A DNA stretch of 64,000 bases. Origin: a virus. A model generated the notes under the pieces. That model saw nothing but the letters and a program-made list of their open reading frames with translations, had not been told where the DNA came from and searched no databases. Location of the stretch: positions 64,001 through 128,000 of the IMG/VR virus record IMGVR_UViG_3300037470_000856; one strand, written 5' to 3'. The position numbers were made by a program, and so were the translations under genes. Of this stretch, positions 54,732 through 64,000 are shown piece by piece (within the stretch, counting starts at the first letter, position 1; each line of letters begins with the position of its first letter).

Positions 54732-56163
54732 TGGACGACTGTTCCTCTGTCAGCTCAATGACCCGGCGCTTGAGTATTTGGGCGAACGCGCCCGCCTCCA
54801 AGGAGGGGAGCTCTCCCGCCGAAGGCCGAATTTCTCGGCCCCGAAGGGTGTTCTGCGCGAGCGGGTGAATGCCGATGCCCATGCGTGTGAGAATCGGTCC
54901 TTCGGCTACAGTACCCGTGCTCGTCACCTGTTTCTCGGCAATCGAAGCGTTCTGAGGCTTCGGCTTCGGTGATTGTTCGATAGGAGCGGAAGCCAAGTTC
55001 CCGGCCAGTGGAGAAGTGGCAGTCGAGGTCGAAACCGACGCTGGAGCGCCCGTGACGGCCGGGACGGCCACCTCGCTGCGCGTGGCAACCACAACAATCC
55101 CGGCGCGGCGCTGATGAAGAGCCGCGACGTCGCAGGCGAACATAGCGGACGAGGCGTGCGCAGGGCGCGACGCGAACCGCTGTGCGAACTCGACGAGGAA
55201 TTCCTTGTGGAGATCTCCTGCCGCCTGGAGGCGATCCCGGTCCCAGTAGGACGGCACCGAGGCGGCACCAAAGCGCGAGAGACGATACGCGATCATACAC
55301 ACGTCGGCCATGCGCTCGTACCGGGTGGCCGGCGAGACCTTCTCGTCGAGTTCGTCGAGGGCCTTCACGACGGCCGCCTGGTCGGACCCGATCTTCTCGA
55401 GCAGGTCGAGGTACAGGGCGTTCGCGTCCATGTGGAGGTACGCGGTGACGTTGGCCAGGTTGACCTTGCCGAGCATCGAGACGCCCTCGACGGCCTTGAT
55501 GGAGTCGCGGACGTGGCACTCGCACACCTCAGCGACGAGGGGGAGCACGTCGGGCTCGTACTCGATCTTCTCCTCCTCGCAGATGTACGCGAGCCGGGCA
55601 CCGATCTCGTTCGGAGTGTTCTGGCGGAGACGAAACAGCGGCGCGCAGCGGGAGAGAATGGCTCCCCGCATCTTCTCGGGTTCCGTCGTGCAGAAGATGC
55701 AGACGAGCTGCTTGTCCTGCGTACCGCGGAGGTTGTCCTCGAGCGGCTTGAGCATCGCGTCCATGGCCTGGCGCGAGAGCTCGTGGCACTCGTCGAAGAG
55801 GTAGATCTTGCGCTTGCCCGAGAAACTCCCGAACTGTGCCTCCTGCGTGATGCGCTTGACGTCGTCCTTGCCCGAGTTGGTCGCGGCGTCGACCTCGAGG
55901 AAGTTCTCGGACTTGTCTGCCAGCATCGCCTTGCACGACTGACACTCGTCGCAGGGCTCCCCGTCCTGCGGGTTCTCGCACAGCAGGGCTCGCGCGAGGA
56001 TGCGGCCGCACGTTGTCTTGCCGCCACCGTGGGCCCCCGCGAACACGTAGCTCTGCCGGAAACCATGGCCCGTGCGCACATACTCCTTGCAGACCTTGAT
56101 GGTCGCGTCCTGGCCCAGCACGTCTGCGTAGCGCAGCGGTCGATACTTGGTGTCGAGGCTCAC
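54691..56163 (-). CDS. dnaX: DNA polymerase III gamma/tau clamp-loader subunit
   Basis: LDTKYRP...GQ, GAHGGGKTT, C4 zinc motif, EVDAA, DECH, TTEPEK, ILSRC. Confidence 0.93.
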   Translation of the reverse strand: MSLDTKYRPLRYADVLGQDATIKVCKEYVRTGHGFRQSYVFAGAHGGGKTTCGRILARALLCENPQDGEPCDECQSCKAMLADKSENFLEVDAATNSGKDDVKRITQEAQFGSFSGKRKIYLFDECHELSRQAMDAMLKPLEDNLRGTQDKQLVCIFCTTEPEKMRGAILSRCAPLFRLRQNTPNEIGARLAYICEEEKIEYEPDVLPLVAEVCECHVRDSIKAVEGVSMLGKVNLANVTAYLHMDANALYLDLLEKIGSDQAAVVKALDELDEKVSPATRYERMADVCMIAYRLSRFGAASVPSYWDRDRLQAAGDLHKEFLVEFAQRFASRPAHASSAMFACDVAALHQRRAGIVVVATRSEVAVPAVTGAPASVSTSTATSPLAGNLASAPIEQSPKPKPQNASIAEKQVTSTGTVAEGPILTRMGIGIHPLAQNTLRGREIRPSAGELPSLEAGAFAQILKRRVIELTEEQSSSGRPARLNDVGSS

Positions 56164-56217
56164 GTCTCCTCTTCTACCCCTCCGGGCCGACGGGCCAGGA
56201 ATCTACCCGTGCCAGCC

Positions 56218-56772
56218 CTAGTTGTCATCGTCATCGTCGGCGCCGTTGAGGGCGTCGAGCACGTCGTCGAGGTCGTCCGTGTCGGCCACCCGCTTGCGTA
56301 CCTCGGCCGCGTGCTCCTCGGCCTTCTTGCCGAACATCTGCTCGATGATGCTGAGCGTGTCCTCGTCCATCGGCCGCCACATGCCGTGGCGCTCGACCTC
56401 CTCCTTGTAGCCGACGAAGTCGGGAGGCCGGAGGCTGCACTTGAGGCCCCCGTTCTTCTCGTCCTCCTCGACCTTCATCGCGCACAGGTGGTGGTCGAGG
56501 AGCGCCTCGCGCTGGTTATCGGCGAGTTCGTTCCACACGTCGGCGCCCAGCTCGACGATGAACTTGTAGTCGAACTTCTTGTCCGTCAGGACCCTCATCA
56601 GCGGGGGAGCCCTCTTCGTGTTGCCCGGGATCACCAGGCCGCACTTCTCGGTCGCCTTGTCCTTGAACACGACGACGATGTCATCCTCGATCAGCGCGAG
56701 GTGGGGGTGATGATTGGCGATGAGCGTCTTCACGATGCTCATCACTTCCTTGCCGGCTTTCCAGTAGTCCAC
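56218..56772 (-). CDS. Putative phage metallopeptidase-like protein
   Basis: W..L...QREALLDHHLC...PPDF...EVERHG.W; the HExxH motif is degenerate. Confidence 0.65.
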   Translation of the reverse strand: MDYWKAGKEVMSIVKTLIANHHPHLALIEDDIVVVFKDKATEKCGLVIPGNTKRAPPLMRVLTDKKFDYKFIVELGADVWNELADNQREALLDHHLCAMKVEEDEKNGGLKCSLRPPDFVGYKEEVERHGMWRPMDEDTLSIIEQMFGKKAEEHAAEVRKRVADTDDLDDVLDALNGADDDDDN

Positions 56773-56784
56773 GATTGTTCTCCT

Positions 56785-57477
56785 TCAGAGGTGGGGAAAC
56801 GTTTCCCGGAGGGCCTCGACGCCGCCCTTGTCCCAGATGGCGCCCGGGTCCTCTCCGGCGCGCCCGTAGCGAATCCTGCTGCACGCTACCCGAGCGCCAT
56901 TCAGGTATTTCAACGCGTCGTCGGTGCCCTTACGGCCGGCCGCGTCGTTGTCGTAGGCCATGTAGACGTCGCCGAGCACCCACCGTCGCAGGAACTCGAC
57001 GTGCTTCCAGGTGAGATGGGCGGAGTTCGACCCCAGGATGGCCTGCTCTCGGGTGACGGCGTGGAGCATGGCCCACACGTCGTAGCGGCCCTCCACGACG
57101 ACGACGTCGCGTCCCGCCCAGATGCCCGACATCGCCGACGGCATGCCCGACCAGACCACGTTCCAGCGCGCGGCGGGGAGGAGGTACAGGTCGTCGTCCT
57201 TCCGGTACGGCGTCCGGCTGTCGAAACCCATCAGCTTCCCCCGCGGGCTGTAGAGCGGGTAGATGAGTTTGCCCTCAAAGCGGTCGAAGTGCTCGCCGAA
57301 ATGGTGGTGCAGTCTCGGGTCCGGGCACGGGTCCGGGGGCGTCTCGAACGTCCTGATGCCCCACTCGTCGATGATCTGGTCGGTGGCTCCGCGGCCCATC
57401 ACGTAGTCGCGCCCCTCCTCGGAGATCGAGCAGAGCGAGAACGCGGAGGCCAACCACGCACCGACCGTGGTCGTCAT
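56785..57477 (-). CDS. DnaG-like TOPRIM primase lacking the zinc-binding domain
   Basis: DYVMGRG, LIYPL...GFDSR, VVVEGRYD, AYDNDAAGRKG, EDPG; ATGA-coupled start. Confidence 0.85.
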   Translation of the reverse strand: MTTTVGAWLASAFSLCSISEEGRDYVMGRGATDQIIDEWGIRTFETPPDPCPDPRLHHHFGEHFDRFEGKLIYPLYSPRGKLMGFDSRTPYRKDDDLYLLPAARWNVVWSGMPSAMSGIWAGRDVVVVEGRYDVWAMLHAVTREQAILGSNSAHLTWKHVEFLRRWVLGDVYMAYDNDAAGRKGTDDALKYLNGARVACSRIRYGRAGEDPGAIWDKGGVEALRETFPHL

Positions 57478-58058
57478 GCGACCCCCACGGCGGCGCCGGG
57501 GATCTCTTCCGGGCCGAGACGGGCGGCCACGGCGATTCCGCGGCTCGCGTTGTGGATGACGGTGAAGGCATTGTACTGGCCGATGGTGCCGAGGGTGCCG
57601 ACGAACCCGCGGTCCACCGGGACGACGGCCAGCGCGTTGAGGGGCATCCACTCCGCGTGCAACACCGTGATCTCGGGCAGCACGACGCCCTCGAGATTCG
57701 TGTCGGGTGCCACGAGAATCTCGAGCGGCTTGAGCTCGTAGGACGCGACGTGCTCGACACACATGAGGACTCCCTCGGTGGTGAGATCCTGGACGTTCCC
57801 CCACTCGGCCTGGCGCCCCATGTGCGTGACCGCCGCAACAACGTCGGCCTCGATCCCCTGACGCTTGCGCACGGCGGCGCGGATGATTCCGGTCTGAGAC
57901 GGCGCCGCGACCCACTGCACGGAGCGCGTGCTCGAGACAAGGTACGGCGCGAGGTCGGCGTTGACGTGAAACTCCATCATGAGAGGAGCGGCCGCTCCTC
58001 GGCGCGTCTGCTTCACCGTGGAGTCGAAGTTGACAATCTCAAGCAGGCTAGCGCCCAT
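57474..58058 (-). CDS. Hypothetical protein
   Basis: Start M(M)GASLLEIV with GGAGG RBS. Confidence 0.7.
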   Translation of the reverse strand: MGASLLEIVNFDSTVKQTRRGAAAPLMMEFHVNADLAPYLVSSTRSVQWVAAPSQTGIIRAAVRKRQGIEADVVAAVTHMGRQAEWGNVQDLTTEGVLMCVEHVASYELKPLEILVAPDTNLEGVVLPEITVLHAEWMPLNALAVVPVDRGFVGTLGTIGQYNAFTVIHNASRGIAVAARLGPEEIPGAAVGVA

Positions 58059-58569
58059 CATCGTCCTCCACGAGCGGGCGTTCGGGCACGACGTCGGGTT
58101 CCTCGATGTTCTCGCCGAAAAATGCCAAGATACCCGGGCCCTCCGAATCAGAGGGTGCCTTCCTGTCGACGTTCTGGCCGGGGCCCAGGGCCCACATGAG
58201 CGCCGCCACGTCCGGGTACTCCTTCGCGATGAGGCCGATGTTGACTGCACTGCCGTCGAGCCCGAGTTTCCTCTTGAACTCGTCCTTAAGTTCCTCGCCC
58301 GACTTCCGGTGGTGGAAGTAAGGACACTCGGCCGCCTGCTGATCCCCGGCCATGCTCGAGTCGCAGACGACGGCGTTGCGGTTTCGCCCGTCGGGGCAGT
58401 ACCCGCAGACGCGGATGACAGCACGGTTCGCGGTGTGCAGCGGGAGGCGGATCTGTTCGTTATGAGCGCAGTTCTGCGGGCGCTGATCGAGGGCGTGCTC
58501 TACATAGTTCTTGCGGTGACGGAAAATCACCTGCTTGAGTTTCTGCTTGATCTGACCCTCCGTCTTCAC
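58048..58569 (-). CDS. Cys-rich hypothetical protein
   Basis: 173 aa; GTGA overlap. Confidence 0.7.
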   Translation of the reverse strand: MKTEGQIKQKLKQVIFRHRKNYVEHALDQRPQNCAHNEQIRLPLHTANRAVIRVCGYCPDGRNRNAVVCDSSMAGDQQAAECPYFHHRKSGEELKDEFKRKLGLDGSAVNIGLIAKEYPDVAALMWALGPGQNVDRKAPSDSEGPGILAFFGENIEEPDVVPERPLVEDDDGR

Positions 58570-59240
58570 CCTGCTACCTCCTTCTTCTTGAGATCCCGCG
58601 CCGTCACCTTACGGAAAACCGCCCGGTCTTTCACGTAGGTCACGTAGTACGCGCTGGAGGCAGCCCCCACAAGGGCCTCATCGTGGGAGATCAGGAGAAT
58701 GTCGAGGTCGAGGCGCTTTGAGAGCGTCGACAGGAACCTCGCCGCGCGATCGACGTACCGATTCGCCACGGCCGCCAGCGTCTCGTCGAGCAGGAGGAGC
58801 GGCCGCATCTTCCGGCGGAAGATGACCGTAATGCGCATGAGCACGCTCTGCATGGTGAGAATCGAGCCGCCGAACGACTGATCGGCCACACCCTCGACGA
58901 CGGTGCCGTCCTTGCGCTCGCGCGCGGTGAAGAACGTGACGGACACTTTTCCGCGAGCCTCCTCCACCTCCGCGCGCACGGAGAGGTTCTGGTCGTGGAA
59001 GATCTCTTGGAGCCCCTCGGTCTGGAGTTTCTCGACTGCCTTGACGCCGTCGGTGACCTCCGCGTCGATCAGGCGTCGCAGCAGGTTGCCGACGAGGTCG
59101 AGCAACTCGTCCTCGTTCTCGAGCGCCTTGATCTCCGCGTCGTTCTCCGCGATCTGAGCCTCCAGCGCTGCCCGGAGGGCCAAAGCCTTCGTGGCCTTGG
59201 CCCTCGCGCGGGTCAGGTCTGGGAGCTCGGGCAGAGACAT
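58566..59240 (-). CDS. Rad50/SbcC-like ABC ATPase, C-terminal half only
   Basis: Coiled coil, then SFGG signature, LLLLDE Walker B and ISHD; no Walker A. Confidence 0.8.
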   Translation of the reverse strand: MSLPELPDLTRARAKATKALALRAALEAQIAENDAEIKALENEDELLDLVGNLLRRLIDAEVTDGVKAVEKLQTEGLQEIFHDQNLSVRAEVEEARGKVSVTFFTARERKDGTVVEGVADQSFGGSILTMQSVLMRITVIFRRKMRPLLLLDETLAAVANRYVDRAARFLSTLSKRLDLDILLISHDEALVGAASSAYYVTYVKDRAVFRKVTARDLKKKEVAG

Positions 59241-59244
59241 CGGC

Positions 59245-60399
59245 TCACTGCAACCAGACGAAGAGGGTGAGGTAGTCGTCGCCGTCGCGGTCCTCGCGAA
59301 ACCGGACCCATCCGCCCTTCGGCTTCCTGGTCTTCTTATCACGCTGCGGGTTGAGCCCGAACCTGAGGGTGTCTCCGCGATGCTGGCTGAGGAGTTTGAG
59401 CAGGTACGGGTACGCGACGTCGAACCCTTCCGCGGGCATGTCGGCCTGTGCATTCTCGGCCGTGTCACGCTCGATGGTCTCAAGGTGCATCGTCACCTTG
59501 TCGCCCGAGGTGCTCGTCATGGACAGCGCCACGGTGCCGCCCGCGAGAGCGAAGTTGAGGCGTGTGTCCTCCTTGGAGGCCGACGCCGTGAGGGCGTTGA
59601 TGGTCGACTGCAGGTCGTCCGTCTTAAGGACCCACGAATGCGGATCGTCGGGCTTCTTGTCGAGGATGATGTCCGGGAACGCGTGGTGCGGGCGCCCCAC
59701 CGAAAGGACGCCCTGGTCCTGGCGCACCAGGAACAGGCACCGCTCGTGCTCGCGTACCTCTACGGGGCCATCTCCGCACGAGCCGAGGAAGGAGATCACC
59801 TGCCCGAGGTCCTTGCCGTGAATGCGCAGGTTGCTGTTCTTGAGCTCCTTGATGGTCACGACCGCGAGCGCGCCCTTGTCCGTGGCCTGGAGAGACTCGT
59901 TGTGAACCTCGGTGACGGCCAGCTTCGGCGTGGTCGTGTCCTTGTCCGAAATGAAGAGTTTGACGTGGCTCAGCGCTCCATGGAGACGCTTGGCGCTGAT
60001 GGTCGTTCCCTTCGGGGCCTCGGACAACGTCTCGTCCCAGAAGGGGAACTGCGACGGGTCGAGGGACTGGAACTTCCCAACCCCTTTGGGGCTCGTCGCC
60101 CTCACGGTGCCCTCCACGAGTTGGAGGCTCAAGGGCGCGTCCTCGACGGCCGCGATCCACTTGTTGAGACGCCACGACTCGACCGTGAACGCATCGCTGC
60201 TCTCGTCCCCGCTGACGTTGCAGCCCGCGATGGGCATCGAGCAGCCGAGACGGTTGTTGTTCGACAGCACCTCGACGACTCCATCGTCGCGCCGCCGAAA
60301 GACGTAGTGGGTGGTGAGATCGCCTCCGGTCGAGGCGGTACCGATCGACACCACCTGGAGGGCCGCCTCGAGATCAGGCTTGGCAACTTCGATTTTCAT
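59245..60399 (-). CDS. dnaN: DNA polymerase III beta sliding clamp
   Basis: 384 aa; MKIEV...LEAALQ, LDPSQFP, LQATD; near dnaX. Confidence 0.8.
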   Translation of the reverse strand: MKIEVAKPDLEAALQVVSIGTASTGGDLTTHYVFRRRDDGVVEVLSNNNRLGCSMPIAGCNVSGDESSDAFTVESWRLNKWIAAVEDAPLSLQLVEGTVRATSPKGVGKFQSLDPSQFPFWDETLSEAPKGTTISAKRLHGALSHVKLFISDKDTTTPKLAVTEVHNESLQATDKGALAVVTIKELKNSNLRIHGKDLGQVISFLGSCGDGPVEVREHERCLFLVRQDQGVLSVGRPHHAFPDIILDKKPDDPHSWVLKTDDLQSTINALTASASKEDTRLNFALAGGTVALSMTSTSGDKVTMHLETIERDTAENAQADMPAEGFDVAYPYLLKLLSQHRGDTLRFGLNPQRDKKTRKPKGGWVRFREDRDGDDYLTLFVWLQ

Positions 60400-60677
60400 G
60401 GGGTTCCTTCTCCTCCGATGAACGGAGCCAGAGCCCGTTCTGCTTCTTCGGTGTCCTTCTTGAGGACACTGATCTGCTCGCGATACTTGCCCTCAAGCTG
60501 CGCGATGATGTCGTCGATCTTGTCCGGGTCGATGTTCTTCGCCCGGCACTCGGCCTCGACGGCGGCGAGACCGGACTCGGCCTGCTCCTTGCGCCCCTTG
60601 AGACGCTCGATGGCCTCCGCCACCTTTTTCCTGCGCTCGACGATCTGGTCGAGTTCCTGGTCGAGGTTCTCGCTCAT
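60396..60677 (-). CDS. Coiled-coil hypothetical protein
   Basis: 93 aa, heptad-rich. Confidence 0.75.
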   Translation of the reverse strand: MSENLDQELDQIVERRKKVAEAIERLKGRKEQAESGLAAVEAECRAKNIDPDKIDDIIAQLEGKYREQISVLKKDTEEAERALAPFIGGEGTP

Positions 60678-60688
60678 GGTCCCTCCTT

Positions 60689-61615
60689 CTACTCGCTGCC
60701 GAAACCGAACTTCACGACCGATCCCTCGGCCTGGTCAATGACCGGAAGACTCCGAATTTTACGTTGTCGCTTGGCGGCGTTCTCGGCCTTCGCCTCCTGG
60801 CGCTGCGGGCACACGGACTCGTAGTCGCAGAAGCGGCAGACCTTGTAGGAGGGGGTAGCCTTGAACTTCTCCGTCTCCTGGCCTCGGCGCACCTTCTTGG
60901 CTCGATCCACGAGGGCCACGAGATCCCGTTTCATGAAATCCACCCAGTCCACTCCCTGCTCGCCCGATCCCTCTTCGTAGGGGTAGCGAAACCAGACGAA
61001 CCCGAGCCGGTCCGGCATCCGCCGGTAGGCCAGGGAGAAGCACAACGCATACCAGCGGAGCTGGTCCTGATCGACCCACTTCATCTTGGTCCCGCTGTTC
61101 TTGCCGTCGAGCAGCGTGATGCCCACATCATCGCGCCGGATCACGAAGTCGGCGCGCCCCCCGAGGGGGAGCCAGTTCGCGGCGAACCCGTAGAGCTCGA
61201 CCTCGCTGCGCGCGTAGACCCCGAGCAGCTTGTGGGCCTTCATGGTCTGGAGGTAGCCCAGGACGCCGTCGATGCAGACGGTCTCCATCTCCTGGAAGGA
61301 GGGCGCGTCGTCCCAGTCGATGTAGAACCTCGGCAGCGTCGAGGTGAGTTTCTCCTTCGTCGTGTCGACGAGGAGCTTCGTGAGGCCGCTCTGCTGCTTC
61401 CACAACTCCTTGTTGTAGAAGTCCTCGAGGACCGCCTGGATCACGATGCCCATGACTGCGTGGTGCATCGACTTGTCGAGCGGCTTGGGCTTGCCCTTGC
61501 CGGGGCCCCGGCCGAGGTCGAGGTCCCCCCACCCGTACTGCCACAGGCACTTCTGAGGGCACTCCTCGTAGGCTTGGAGATGGGACCAGTACAGGGTCCT
61601 GACGTGCTTCACCAT
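60689..61615 (-). CDS. PD-(D/E)XK (RecB/Cas4-like) nuclease
   Basis: SHLQAYEECP, GRADF...LLDGK, QLRWY, CRFCDYESVC. Confidence 0.9.
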   Translation of the reverse strand: MVKHVRTLYWSHLQAYEECPQKCLWQYGWGDLDLGRGPGKGKPKPLDKSMHHAVMGIVIQAVLEDFYNKELWKQQSGLTKLLVDTTKEKLTSTLPRFYIDWDDAPSFQEMETVCIDGVLGYLQTMKAHKLLGVYARSEVELYGFAANWLPLGGRADFVIRRDDVGITLLDGKNSGTKMKWVDQDQLRWYALCFSLAYRRMPDRLGFVWFRYPYEEGSGEQGVDWVDFMKRDLVALVDRAKKVRRGQETEKFKATPSYKVCRFCDYESVCPQRQEAKAENAAKRQRKIRSLPVIDQAEGSVVKFGFGSE

Positions 61616-61627
61616 CGCGCGATCACC

Positions 61628-62611
61628 CTACCTGCGCGCCCTGTCGATGTATTCAACGGCGCGCTCCTTGACCCGGTCGGGCAGGTCGAGCCCCGCGATG
61701 ATCTCCGGGAAGGGCTTGTCCGAGGACGCCTCAAGCTCCCTCTTCACCGACTCCACGAACGCGTCGACGGTCATCGCCCTCGTCTCCTCGCGCACTCGCT
61801 TCTCCATGTCGAAGATCTCCGTGGCGGGCTTGACAGTGATTTTCACGAACTCGAGGGTGGGGGGCATCTTGCGATCCCGGGGCCAGAACCCCATGACGAC
61901 GACGCCCGGCTCGCGCTCCACGTTGTCCTGGGTCAGGGCCCCGCGCGTCAGGCTCCCGACATTCACCACCCACTTATCGTCGGCGATCTGCTTGACCCCC
62001 TGGTTCTTGTGCCAGTGGCCGAACGCCCAGACGTCCACATTCGGGTTCAGCTTGGGGAGGTCGGAGTAGCGCAGGATGTCCTCGCCCTTGAACATTTCAC
62101 CGCCCTGGGGAGAGGCGAGGACGTGCGCGTTGCAGACGAGGTAATCCTCGTCGCGGCGCTCGACGGCGCGGAACCTGTCGAGGTCGTAGCGCGGGCCGTG
62201 GTACGGGATGCCCACGACGCGGACCTTCACGCCGTCCTTCTCCAGGACGCACTCGTGCTCGTCGTAGAGACGCAGGAACACCCCCGAGGCGAATAGCACC
62301 TCGAGCGGGTTCTCGTGGAGGTTGCCGAGCTGTGCGAGGCGCACGTCGTGGTTGCCGACGTTGGCGAACACCGGGCACGGGTAGCCAGCGTGGACCCGGG
62401 CCACGCGGCTCACGAGGCGGTGGGGCGTGCGGATGGGCGTCTTGTCGTCGAAGAAATCGCCCCCGTCGATGACCGCGTCGCACGTGTACTTCCGCGCGAT
62501 CTCCCCGACCTCGGTGAGTTTCACCATCACGGTGTCGGCCCAGTCGTCGACGCGGGACTCAGGCCCCGAGTCGCTCGTGTGCACATCCGTGCGCCAGAGG
62601 AGGCGAATCAT
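61628..62611 (-). CDS. Mre11/SbcD-like metallophosphoesterase
   Basis: TDVH, GGDFFD, GNHD, AH, FGHWH, NVGSL. Confidence 0.9.
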   Translation of the reverse strand: MIRLLWRTDVHTSDSGPESRVDDWADTVMVKLTEVGEIARKYTCDAVIDGGDFFDDKTPIRTPHRLVSRVARVHAGYPCPVFANVGNHDVRLAQLGNLHENPLEVLFASGVFLRLYDEHECVLEKDGVKVRVVGIPYHGPRYDLDRFRAVERRDEDYLVCNAHVLASPQGGEMFKGEDILRYSDLPKLNPNVDVWAFGHWHKNQGVKQIADDKWVVNVGSLTRGALTQDNVEREPGVVVMGFWPRDRKMPPTLEFVKITVKPATEIFDMEKRVREETRAMTVDAFVESVKRELEASSDKPFPEIIAGLDLPDRVKERAVEYIDRARR

Positions 62612-62649
62612 CAGGGATTCTACCCACCCCCGAGGTCAGCTTCGTGAAA

Positions 62650-63192
62650 CTACGAGTCCACTCCGCGACGTCGTCGACGCTTCTTGGAAACGCGCTCCGC
62701 GAACTCTTCCCCGTAGTACCACGTCAATTCTTCGTCCTTCTTGATCGTCCGCGCTGCCCAGAAGTGGTAGTTCTCGTCCATCTCGAGATTGGGGTCGTCG
62801 AAGTGGTTGAGGAACCGGAACTCGTTGGTCCCGACGCGCCAGCCCGTCGGCTCGGCGGCGGGGTCCTCCTCGTCGTAGTTGTAGATGACGTAGCGCTCGT
62901 TACTCCGCGTCACGTCGCCATCGTCCACACCCTCGTACGTTCCCACGTAGGTGCCCTTTCGGATGTACTGGCCCGCGAAGACGCCGCGCTCGTGGATGGG
63001 GGACGTGGCGACGTAGACGACGCACCGGGTCTTCTCGATCTCCTCTTGGAGAATCGACACTGCCTGCATGATGCAGGTCTCGCAGATGGTCGGGCCCTCC
63101 CGGAGCGTCCTCCCGTGGCGCCACAGGGTCGTATGGTTTCGCGAGGTCGACCGATCGCAGAACGAGCAGGCGGGCTTGGGCGCCTTGGCCAT
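62650..63192 (-). CDS. ClpX-type C4 zinc finger fused to SET-domain methyltransferase
   Basis: CSFC...GPTICETC; SPIHERGVFA...YEG...RFLNH..PN...IKKDEELTWYY. Confidence 0.85.
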   Translation of the reverse strand: MAKAPKPACSFCDRSTSRNHTTLWRHGRTLREGPTICETCIMQAVSILQEEIEKTRCVVYVATSPIHERGVFAGQYIRKGTYVGTYEGVDDGDVTRSNERYVIYNYDEEDPAAEPTGWRVGTNEFRFLNHFDDPNLEMDENYHFWAARTIKKDEELTWYYGEEFAERVSKKRRRRRGVDS

Positions 63193-63378
63193 GACCAGAC
63201 ACCTTACCGGGGTAGGGTGCATCGTGTCGCGAAGGAAACGCAGGGGGAGCGGGACGGCGTCACGGAAGCGTGACCGAGATCTTGTTGCCCGCTACGAGTG
63301 TCTCGGATGCGGTCGGAAGTGGGGCGAGAGTCTCGACGAGCTGCAACGGATGCGGGCCGACGGGAGTCTTCCCTCGAC

Positions 63379-63693
63379 CTACTCGGGAACGAACTGCTCC
63401 TGCAGACACCCTTGGAAACGTCTCCCCGACGGCGCTGCTTTCGTGGCCGAGCCGGGTCCGTCGGGAACTTCGAGACCGCAAGCACAACACCTCGGCACGA
63501 CAAGGTCATCGTCCATCACCCCGTGGCACCCTTCCGCTCCGCATCGTCGAAAGTCGAAAGCCCAGTCGTCAGAATCGTCGGCCGTCGCCGGCCACACCTT
63601 CTTCGCGACTTCCCTCCCCTCCACACGGTCGAGTTGCAGGAGGTTCGTGAAGAACTGGGTGAAGAACTGGGCGAAGATCTCGATCTTGGTCAT
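63379..63693 (-). CDS. Hypothetical Cys-containing protein
   Basis: Start MTKIEIFAQ with AGGA RBS. Confidence 0.55.
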   Translation of the reverse strand: MTKIEIFAQFFTQFFTNLLQLDRVEGREVAKKVWPATADDSDDWAFDFRRCGAEGCHGVMDDDLVVPRCCACGLEVPDGPGSATKAAPSGRRFQGCLQEQFVPE

Positions 63694-63706
63694 CGTGGTC
63701 GTCCTT

Positions 63707-64000
63707 TCAGACCGCGTAGCCTTCTTCGGGTGCGTCGTCTCTGTCTCCCACGAGCCACTCCAGGACGTCCACAAGACCACCGTAGATGATGCGCACGCGC
63801 TCCTGCTGTGCCAACGCAGCTGCAGCGAGGCGATGGTGGCCATCGAGGACGACGGGGTACGGCAGGATGCGGCCGCCTTCGCACACATTGTCCACTTCGA
63901 TCGGGTCCGGAGGGATGTCCTCGCGCATCGCGTCGAGGAAGAAACGGATGCGGCCGTAGTCGTAGCTGCCGAAACCGGCGGGACGCTTCCACGGGTCCAC
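63707..64000 (-). CDS. ParB/Srx-like domain protein (5' truncated)
   Basis: PIEV...VVLDGHHRLAAA. Confidence 0.75.
   Translation of the reverse strand: MDPWKRPAGFGSYDYGRIRFFLDAMREDIPPDPIEVDNVCEGGRILPYPVVLDGHHRLAAAALAQQERVRIIYGGLVDVLEWLVGDRDDAPEEGYAV

Noticed and set aside
53580-62611. Bacterial chromosome origin suggested by dnaX, dnaN, NusG, clpS and rnhB
   Set aside because: The genes are divergent, lack bacterial synteny and are contiguous with terminase, portal and capsid genes on one strand.

Overview
This is a 64-kb, GC-rich segment of a large (jumbo-type) tailed dsDNA phage genome. Nearly all real genes are on the minus strand; the long plus-strand ORFs are antisense shadows. Reading right to left: (1) A replication, recombination and transcription block: ParB-like, ClpX-zinc-finger/SET fusion, Mre11/SbcD-like, PD-(D/E)XK nuclease, beta clamp, Rad50 C-half, TOPRIM primase, DnaX, NusG paralog and a tandem sigma-4 HTH protein. 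(2) A late/head block: terminase with intein, portal, prohead protease with intein, acidic scaffold, putative decoration protein and major capsid protein. (3) An accessory block: LAGLIDADG-methyltransferase fusion, stand-alone GyrB transducer domain, RNase HII, DUF488, Acb2/Tad1-like sponge, ClpS and GIY-YIG nucleases. The most notable feature is a set of very large multi-enzyme proteins: 2H phosphoesterase + CCA-type nucleotidyltransferase; ART-like + Ntn-hydrolase + topoisomerase IB + GNAT; RelA/SpoT-like; and SH3-array + ADP-ribosyltransferase + kinase. These share short recurrent peptide modules and often have [K/R]-x-A motifs at domain borders, as the scaffold does. Their operons are headed by the same TTTTC-n3-YTAT element that heads the head-gene operons. 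I infer a capsid-packaged, protease-processed 'polyprotein cargo' system that delivers host-takeover and anti-defence enzymes. Domain calls are by motif recognition only; no searches were run, and sub-gene coordinates marked ~ are approximate.
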